64,000 nucleotides of DNA, from NCBI GenBank assembly GCA_020632515.1, contig JACKFK010000005.1, forward strand, positions 93,327-157,326, given 5' to 3'. This DNA comes from Candidatus Omnitrophota bacterium (lineage in GTDB: Bacteria; Omnitrophota; Gorgyraeia; Zapsychrales; Zapsychraceae). The position numbers and the translations under genes are program-made. Of this stretch, positions 58,093 through 64,000 are shown piece after piece (position 1 is the stretch's first letter; each line of letters starts with the position of its first letter). The notes beneath the pieces are model-generated. The model saw only the letters and a program-made list of their open reading frames with translations. It searched no databases and was not told the DNA's origin.

Positions 58093-59253
58093 ATGAAAAT
58101 TGAAATTTCAAAAAAAGTCGAGAAATTGGCACCTTCGGGAATTCGTGAATTTTTTGATTTGGTTTTGGGAATGAAAGATGTAATTTCTCTAGGGGTTGGG
58201 GAGCCAGATTTTGCCTCTCCATGGCTTGTTCGTGAGAAAGCGATTTACTCTTTGGAGCGAGGGTATACCTCTTATACGTCTAATAAAGGTATGCCGGAAT
58301 TGCGCAAACAGATCGCGCATTTTGTAAAAATGCGATATCAACTGGATTATGATTTTGACAATGAAATTCTTATTACTGTTGGTGTCAGTGAGGGGTTGGA
58401 TTTAGTTATGCGGGCGTTATTAAATCCTGGAGATAAAGTAATTGTGCCAGAACCGGTTTATGTTTCTTATGCGCCAGTGGTGGAATTGGCCGGAGGGAAG
58501 GCTGTTTCGTTAAAAACGGATAAAAGTAATGAATTCAAGATGACACCAGAGAATATTGAAAAGCTTTGTACCAAAGACGTTCGTGCTCTGATGATTAATT
58601 ATCCGTGCAATCCAACGGGAGCGTCTTATACCAAGCAAGAACTTGAGGCGATTGCGAAAGTTGTCAAAAAACATAATTTGCTTGTTATCAGCGATGAAGT
58701 TTATGACGAGCTTACATATGATTTTGACCATACGCCATTTGCCACTCTTCCAGGCATGAAAGAGCGGGTAATTTATTTAAATGGTTTTTCGAAAGCCTAT
58801 GCCATGACAGGTTTTCGTATAGGCTGGGCGTGTGGGCCGGAAAAAGTAATTCAAGCGATGACAAAAATTCATCAATACACTATTCTCTGCGCGTCAATTA
58901 CAGGGCAGATCGCTGCGCAGGAAGCGTTAAAGAATGGAATGAAGAGTGTTCAAGAGATGAAAAAAGAATATAAGCGTCGGCGACGATTTATTGTGGAATC
59001 ATTGAATGAAATCGGATTGGATTGTCATATGCCGCAAGGTGCCTTTTATGTATTTCCATCGATTAAAAAGCTGAAAGTACCTTCAATGGATTTTGCCAAG
59101 GGTTTATTAAAGTCTCAGAAAGTTGCTCTCGTACCGGGAGTTGCTTTTGGAAAAGCTTGGGATGATTTTATCCGAATATCGTATGCTTCTAGTTATGATA
59201 ATTTAAAGGAAGCCGTGGTTCGTATAAAGAAGTATTTAAGTAGTTCAAGGTAG
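58093..59253 (+). CDS. Class I/II PLP-dependent aminotransferase (aspartate/aromatic aminotransferase-like)
   Basis: 386 aa. ..GEPDF..P.., NPCNPTG, SDEVY, and SFSKAYAMTGFRIG (PLP-Lys). Confidence 0.9.
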   Translation: MKIEISKKVEKLAPSGIREFFDLVLGMKDVISLGVGEPDFASPWLVREKAIYSLERGYTSYTSNKGMPELRKQIAHFVKMRYQLDYDFDNEILITVGVSEGLDLVMRALLNPGDKVIVPEPVYVSYAPVVELAGGKAVSLKTDKSNEFKMTPENIEKLCTKDVRALMINYPCNPTGASYTKQELEAIAKVVKKHNLLVISDEVYDELTYDFDHTPFATLPGMKERVIYLNGFSKAYAMTGFRIGWACGPEKVIQAMTKIHQYTILCASITGQIAAQEALKNGMKSVQEMKKEYKRRRRFIVESLNEIGLDCHMPQGAFYVFPSIKKLKVPSMDFAKGLLKSQKVALVPGVAFGKAWDDFIRISYASSYDNLKEAVVRIKKYLSSSR

Positions 59254-59319
59254 TAGTTTATTGGATTCTTTTATTATAATGTAGTGCTGACAGATGGTTT
59301 TTGAGAAGAGGGAGGGCTT

Positions 59320-59715
59320 ATGGTAAAAAAAACACGAAATCGTAATATTAATTTTGAAATAGAGTTTTATGAAGGTGTTTTAAATAAAACCCCGGATTTT
59401 TTTGAAGCGCTTTGTGCGCTAGGGGATTTGTATACGAAAAAAGGGCATTATCAGAAAGGGCTGCAGATTGATAAACGCCTTGTTCGGATTAGACCCAATG
59501 ATCCGGTGGTTTTGTATAACCTGGCTTGCAGTTATTCATTGTTAAATGATGTTGATCAGGCCTTTGATAATTTACAGAGAGCGATTACACTAGGATATGA
59601 TGATTTATATCATTTAGAACATGATGACGATTTAAATAATTTGCGTAAGAATGATAAATTTCGACAATATTTGGATGGTTTAAAGAAAGAACATAAACAA
59701 CGGCAGTTTGACTAA
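59320..59715 (+). CDS. TPR-repeat protein
   Basis: 131 aa with 2-3 TPR-like units (..ALCALGDLYTKKGHYQKGLQI..; ..VLYNLACSYSLLNDVDQAFDNLQRAI..). Confidence 0.7.
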   Translation: MVKKTRNRNINFEIEFYEGVLNKTPDFFEALCALGDLYTKKGHYQKGLQIDKRLVRIRPNDPVVLYNLACSYSLLNDVDQAFDNLQRAITLGYDDLYHLEHDDDLNNLRKNDKFRQYLDGLKKEHKQRQFD

Positions 59716-59740
59716 TCGTTCTAACGGGAACAAGAACATT

Positions 59741-60208
59741 ATGGGCAAGAAAACGAACGTTATTGAAAATCGTAAATATAAACGTTTAGAAACTCATATC
59801 CCAATTGACTTTACCATTGTTCGGATTAATAGTGAGCTGCCTGGCGTGGATTGGGAGAAGGGATTGACGTGCAATGTTAGCCGCGGTGGTTTATGTCTTG
59901 AAACAGATGAGTTAAGCGAAAATACCATCAGGTTTTTAAGCAAGGAAGGTATATATTTAGACATGCGCATTCATGCGCCGATAGCCTCGGCTCCGGTTAA
60001 AGCGGTTGGAGAAATTGTTTGGCATAAATCGTTAGATCCGAAGAATTCTAAACATTACATGATCGGGGTTAAATATCAGTCTATTACCGATGAGAATCTC
60101 AATAAAATTATGGGACAGGTAATTTGTATTAAGTGTATTCGGGATAGTATTATTATCGGGTCAATTGTATTATTTATTCTGCTGGTCTTGATGAAAACAT
60201 TTTTATAA
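59741..60208 (+). CDS. PilZ-domain (c-di-GMP receptor) protein with a C-terminal TM helix
   Basis: RxxxR (RKYKR) and (D/N)xSxxG (NVSRGG) PilZ motifs. C-terminal IIIGSIVLFILLVLM helix. ATG 59741 is preferred over TTG 59708. Confidence 0.75.
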   Translation: MGKKTNVIENRKYKRLETHIPIDFTIVRINSELPGVDWEKGLTCNVSRGGLCLETDELSENTIRFLSKEGIYLDMRIHAPIASAPVKAVGEIVWHKSLDPKNSKHYMIGVKYQSITDENLNKIMGQVICIKCIRDSIIIGSIVLFILLVLMKTFL

Positions 60209-60240
60209 ACTTAGTTGTGCAATGTTATTATAACGCTAGT

Positions 60241-60273
60241 AAGGGACAGGCAGTTGCTTGTCCCTTATTTTTT
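60241..60273 (+). terminator. Rho-independent terminator
   Basis: Stem AAGGGACA / TGTCCCTT with a 10-nt loop, followed by ATTTTTT. Confidence 0.8.
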
Positions 60274-60290
60274 AAAATGGAGGATGTGTT

Positions 60291-60710
60291 ATGAAATCAT
60301 TTCGAAAAGAATTGTGGTTTAATACTAAAACACGACGAGATTATATTAATATTTCTTCAAATGTTCAGACAGCGATCAATGAAAGTGGCATCAAAGAAGG
60401 GTTGTGTCTGGTCAACGCCATGCACATTTCCGCGAGTGTTTACATTAATGACGATGAGCCAGGGTTGCTTGGTGATTACGATAAATGGTTGGAAAAATTA
60501 GCGCCGCATGAACCGGTAAAACAATATCGGCACAATGACACAGGCGAAGACAACGCGGACGCGCATTTGAAACGTCAAATTATGGGACGAGAGGCCGTTG
60601 TTGCTGTTACCAATGGAAGGTTAGATTTTGGACCATGGGAGCAAATATTTTATGGTGAATTTGATGGTCGCCGTAAGAAGCGGGTGTTGGTTAAGATTAT
60701 TGGAGAATGA
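60291..60710 (+). CDS. YjbQ/UPF0047 family protein, copy 2
   Basis: 139 aa. ..[23 protein letters not shown]...WLEKLAP....[38 protein letters not shown]. Confidence 0.85.
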   Translation: MKSFRKELWFNTKTRRDYINISSNVQTAINESGIKEGLCLVNAMHISASVYINDDEPGLLGDYDKWLEKLAPHEPVKQYRHNDTGEDNADAHLKRQIMGREAVVAVTNGRLDFGPWEQIFYGEFDGRRKKRVLVKIIGE

Positions 60711-60881
60711 GCGGTTTTAATAAAAATGAAAAGTTCCCTGCTTGTGTCTTTGCGAGGAATGATTTATAATGAACCGCTTTTAAGGGTTGTGAAGAGGTGT
60801 ATCGGGAAGGTGTTATTTCTGAGCTATTAGTTTTCGCCCGTCAGCTAAGAATAGTTAAATATTTACTTAAAGGAGTTGCAA

Positions 60882-61784
60882 ATGAGTCTAATCGTTTTAG
60901 GAACAGTAGCGCTTGATAATATTAAAACCTCCTCGGGAATGAAGAAAGATTTGCTGGGAGGCTCAGCCGCACATTTTTCGATGAGCGCGCGGCTTTTTAC
61001 TATAGTGCATCTCGTTGGAATTATTGGTGCAGATTTTCCTAAGCGGCATATTCAATTTTTACGGAAAAAAGGAATTGATTTAACGTCTTTGACAGTGGGT
61101 AATGAAAAGTCTTTTCGGTGGACAGGTGAATATAAAAAAGGTGATTATAATAATGCGATTACATTAGCGACTGAGCTTGGAGTTTTATTGAACTATACGC
61201 CGGAAATTGCGCATCATCAGCGCAATCTTGATAATGTGTTTTTGGCGAATATCGATCCTGATGTGCAGATGAAACTGCTGGAACTTATGGGAAAGCCAAA
61301 ATTAATCGGGCTGGATAGCATGAATTTATGGATTGAGCATAAACGGCAATCGTTATTTAAATTGATGAAGAAGGTTGATCTTTTTGTCGCCAACGATGGT
61401 GAGGCTTGCGCGATTACAAAAGAATCAAATTTAGTTAAAGCAGCCAAAGCGTTAAGAAAAATGGGGCCTAAGTTAATTGTCGTGAAAAAAGGTGAGCATG
61501 GTGTTTTGTTTTACTCAGATAATTTCATGTTTTCTTTTCCTGCGTATCCAGTTGATCATGTGGTAGATCCGACGGGTGCTGGTGATACTTTTGCCGGAGG
61601 GTTGATGGGGTATTTGACAAAGACAAAAAAGATTAATGATAAAAATTTACGGAAAGCCGTGCTTTATGCGACCACATTGGCATCATTTAATGTTGAAGGG
61701 TTTGGCATGGCGAAAACCGCGCCGTTAACTATGGCAAAAGTTAATGAACGGATGAAGGAATTGGTTAAGTTTATAGCAATCTAG
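60882..61784 (+). CDS. PfkB-family carbohydrate/nucleoside kinase
   Basis: ..GGSA.. N-terminal motif and C-terminal DPTGAGDTFAGG signature. ATG 60882 lies 6 nt after AGGAG (60871-60875). Confidence 0.85.
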   Translation: MSLIVLGTVALDNIKTSSGMKKDLLGGSAAHFSMSARLFTIVHLVGIIGADFPKRHIQFLRKKGIDLTSLTVGNEKSFRWTGEYKKGDYNNAITLATELGVLLNYTPEIAHHQRNLDNVFLANIDPDVQMKLLELMGKPKLIGLDSMNLWIEHKRQSLFKLMKKVDLFVANDGEACAITKESNLVKAAKALRKMGPKLIVVKKGEHGVLFYSDNFMFSFPAYPVDHVVDPTGAGDTFAGGLMGYLTKTKKINDKNLRKAVLYATTLASFNVEGFGMAKTAPLTMAKVNERMKELVKFIAI

Positions 61785-61899
61785 TCACTCGTTGCTAAGT
61801 TGCTCGTTGCTGGTAAGTCAAGAATTGAGTTTAAAAGCTGTTAGATATTGTTAGGAAATAAGATCTTAGCAGCAAAACACATTAAACAAGGAATAGTAT

Positions 61900-62181
61900 A
61901 TGACTTATTCTATTTTAGAGAAAATCGGAGTTGTGGCTGCGGTGATTTTGCCGTTGTTTAATATTCCTTTAATTACAAAAATTGTTCAAAGACGTTCTTC
62001 TAAGGATATTAGTTTATCATGGGCATTAGGAGTTTGGATTTGTTTTTTGTTTATGCTGCCGTCGGGGTTAAATACAGAGGATATTGTCTGGAAGATTTTT
62101 AACATTGCTAATATAACAATGTTTTCTGTGGTAGTTTTTTTTACAGTGAAGTATAGAAAAGGAGATTTAGGTGACAGATAA
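61900..62181 (+). CDS. Small 3-TM membrane protein, PQ-loop/SemiSWEET-like
   Basis: 93 aa with three hydrophobic helices. ..LPLFNIPLITKIVQRRSSKDISLSW.. resembles the PQ-loop motif region, with L in place of Q. Confidence 0.4.
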   Translation: MTYSILEKIGVVAAVILPLFNIPLITKIVQRRSSKDISLSWALGVWICFLFMLPSGLNTEDIVWKIFNIANITMFSVVVFFTVKYRKGDLGDR

Positions 62182-63091
62182 AAAAGGGTTTAAGTGCGGT
62201 ATGGTTTCGATTGTTGGACGGCCGAATGTTGGTAAATCGACGTTATTAAATAGTATTGTTGGGGAAAAGATTGCTATCGTCTCGACGGTTCCGCAGACTA
62301 CGCGTCAGCAGATTCGGGGGATTTATAATGATAAGCGAGGGCAAATTGTGTTTATCGATACTCCGGGGTTGCATATGGCTAAAGATAAGCTTGATCAGTT
62401 TATGAATAAAGCTTCGGCTGCTACGGTGGATGAAGTGGATTGTCTTATTTATCTGGTGGACACCAGCCGCAAGATCGGTAGAGAAGAAGAGAGTATCGCG
62501 CAAAATTTAAAAACAGTTAAAAAACCGATAATTTTTGGTTTAAATAAAGTGGATTTGAAGGGAAAGTATTTGAGTGAATATATTGAATTTTGGGAAAAAG
62601 TAAAGGAAGAAAAAGTCGAACAGATGAAAAATTTTTCTATGATAGCTTTGTCAGGCGAAAAGGAACGTAATGTGGAAAAATTAGTGGATATTTTGTTCGA
62701 TTTTCTGCCGGAGGGCCCAGCGTTGTATCCGGAAGATATTATTTCAGATTTTCCACAAAAGCTGGCGATTGCAGATATTATTCGAGAAAAGTTGTTGAAG
62801 ATTCTCCGTCAAGAGATTCCTCATTCTGTTGGGGTTGTTATTGAGCATATGCAGCCCGTTAAGAAAAAAACAATGCATATTAAGGGGTTGATTTTGGTCG
62901 AAAAAGAGACGCAGAAAGAAATTGTTATTGGAAAACAGGGAAGAGTTCTAAAACAGGTTGGAACAGAAGCAAGAAAAGAATTGGAAGATCTTTTAGAAAC
63001 AAAAGTGTTTTTAGAGCTGCATGTGAAATATCAAAAGCGTTGGAGAGATAATATTAGTTTATTGCAAGAGTTAGGATATGGTCAGTCTTAA
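62171..63091 (+). CDS. era: GTPase Era
   Basis: G1 GRPNVGKS, G2 T.TT, G3 DTPG, G4 NKVD, C-terminal KH domain. The GTG start at 62171 lies 6 nt after AAGGAG and overlaps the upstream small ORF by 11 nt. Confidence 0.95.
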   Translation: MTDKKGFKCGMVSIVGRPNVGKSTLLNSIVGEKIAIVSTVPQTTRQQIRGIYNDKRGQIVFIDTPGLHMAKDKLDQFMNKASAATVDEVDCLIYLVDTSRKIGREEESIAQNLKTVKKPIIFGLNKVDLKGKYLSEYIEFWEKVKEEKVEQMKNFSMIALSGEKERNVEKLVDILFDFLPEGPALYPEDIISDFPQKLAIADIIREKLLKILRQEIPHSVGVVIEHMQPVKKKTMHIKGLILVEKETQKEIVIGKQGRVLKQVGTEARKELEDLLETKVFLELHVKYQKRWRDNISLLQELGYGQS

Positions 63092-63160
63092 TAAAGGCAG
63101 CATTTATGTCAGGATATTTTTCTTAAGGCGTATAAACGGTGAGTTGCTTTATTGAACGTT

Positions 63161-63823
63161 ATGAAAGTTGTTACCGTAAAACAAATTCAAAAGCTCGATG
63201 ATCTGGCAATTTATCGATACGGAATTCCTTCGTTGGTGTTGATGGAGAATGCCGGGCGGGCCGTGGCGGAGGAAGTCTTTCGAATGATAAAAAGTCGTCC
63301 TAAGCCTATGGTTGGAATTGTTTGTGGCTTGGGCAATAACGCGGGGGATGGATTTGTTGTGGCGCGGCATTTAATTCAGGGCGGTGTTTCAACGAAAATA
63401 TTTTTAGTAGGAAAAGGAAATCAACTAAAGCATGATGCTGCGGTTAATTATCAGATTTTAAAGCGATTGAAGTTTGAGATTGTTGAAAACGTAAAAACAG
63501 GCAACATCAAATCTATATTAGAAAAATTTGATGTCGTTGTCGACGCTATTTTTGGAGTCGGGCTTAATCGGGATATCGAAGAACCTTTTCGCGAAATTAT
63601 TAATACACTCAATACGAAAGCGAAACGAATTGTGGCGGTTGATATTCCGTCAGGACTTGATGGAACAACGGGAAAAATTCACGGTGTTTGCATTAAAGCG
63701 CATACGACGGTTACTTTTAGCTTCGCGAAAAAAGGGTTTTATAAAGCTCAAGGCTTGAAACATGTCGGAAGAATTGTTGTCGCAGATATCGGGATTCCAA
63801 AAAAAGTGTTAGCTATTAAATGA
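63161..63823 (+). CDS. nnrE: NAD(P)H-hydrate epimerase (YjeF N-terminal domain)
   Basis: ..LMENAGRAVA..CG.GNNAGDGFV.AR.L...G......DAIFG.GL.R......VDIPSG.D..TG. ATG 63161 is preferred over TTG 63152. Confidence 0.85.
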   Translation: MKVVTVKQIQKLDDLAIYRYGIPSLVLMENAGRAVAEEVFRMIKSRPKPMVGIVCGLGNNAGDGFVVARHLIQGGVSTKIFLVGKGNQLKHDAAVNYQILKRLKFEIVENVKTGNIKSILEKFDVVVDAIFGVGLNRDIEEPFREIINTLNTKAKRIVAVDIPSGLDGTTGKIHGVCIKAHTTVTFSFAKKGFYKAQGLKHVGRIVVADIGIPKKVLAIK

Positions 63824-63824
63824 T

Positions 63825-64000
63825 ATGACAGTCACTAATAAGAATATTGATCAAGTTGTTAAAAATATCCGTACGCAAATGAAAGATTTGCCGGATCCAT
63901 CAGTGACGCTTGTTGGAAAACGGTGGAAAAGTCCGTTTTTAGTTTTGATTTCTTGTATTATGAGTTTACGGACGAAGGATGAAACAACCTTACCAGCAAG
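63825..64000 (+). CDS. nth: Endonuclease III-like HhH-GPD DNA glycosylase (N-terminal part; continues beyond the window)
   Basis: The ORF is open to the window end. ..SPFLVLISCIMSLRTKDETT.. matches the N-terminal helix block of Nth/HhH-GPD enzymes. Confidence 0.65.
   Translation, partial: MTVTNKNIDQVVKNIRTQMKDLPDPSVTLVGKRWKSPFLVLISCIMSLRTKDETTLPA

Noticed and set aside
60711-60875. 165-nt leader upstream of the PfkB kinase, examined as a possible riboswitch. It has a TTGTGT-17-TATAAT promoter-like element, and GCGGTT...AACCGC long-range complementarity.
   Set aside because: I could not match it to any riboswitch class I know, and no terminator or sequestering hairpin is evident. It could be rechecked with an Rfam-wide cmsearch.
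61791-61811. Three copies of GTTGCT spaced 8 and 7 nt apart, upstream of the small membrane ORF and era.
   Set aside because: The hexamer repeat is too short and too few in number to distinguish from chance without statistics or conservation data.

Overview
This is a 64-kb window from a low-GC bacterial chromosome. The lineage looks uncultivated, but that taxonomic guess is inference only. All calls come from reading the supplied ORF translations and the raw sequence by eye; no searches were run.

I support about 62 protein-coding genes, 3 tRNAs (Leu-GAG, Val-TAC, Asp-GTC), several intrinsic terminators and two leader-RNA regulators. Most of the window is housekeeping:
- nearly the whole de novo pyrimidine pathway, split into three clusters: carA-carB-purF-pyrG, pyrR-pyrB-pyrC, and pyrK-(small TSUP)-pyrD-pyrF
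- glmS, rsmI, rpe, uppP, trmB, mutM, era, nnrE and nth
- a 7-gene V/A-type ATPase operon (E, DUF2764-like, A, B, D, I, K)
- pabB and pabC

The most interesting locus is 24468-30411 on the minus strand. It holds three tandem, translationally coupled paralogues of 628-667 aa. Each has a signal peptide, a shared Cys-containing N-terminal module, repeated '(I/V)GIG...P...LH(I/V)' units, and a C-terminal peptidase-S74 / intramolecular-chaperone (tail-fibre/endosialidase-type) domain. The locus has no phage context. It is preceded by a leader that looks like a GEMM-I (c-di-GMP-I) riboswitch aptamer followed by an intrinsic terminator that abuts the start codon.

Other c-di-GMP-linked parts in the window are a FIST / histidine kinase / REC-GGDEF(GGDDF) operon and a PilZ-TM protein.

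Further items worth a second look:
- an orphan Flp/class-III-type pilin with a Cys-rich tail
- an EndoQ-like PHP nuclease paired with a compact UvrD-like helicase
- a DnaQ exonuclease fused to a WYL-like domain, inside a tightly coupled CsaA-YjbQ-YkgJ-DUF2156 operon
- two perfect inverted DnaA-box consensus sequences in an AT-rich intergenic region
- an L27-like protein that lacks the canonical N-terminus
- a deacetylase-TPR-GT2 fusion next to a polytopic membrane protein
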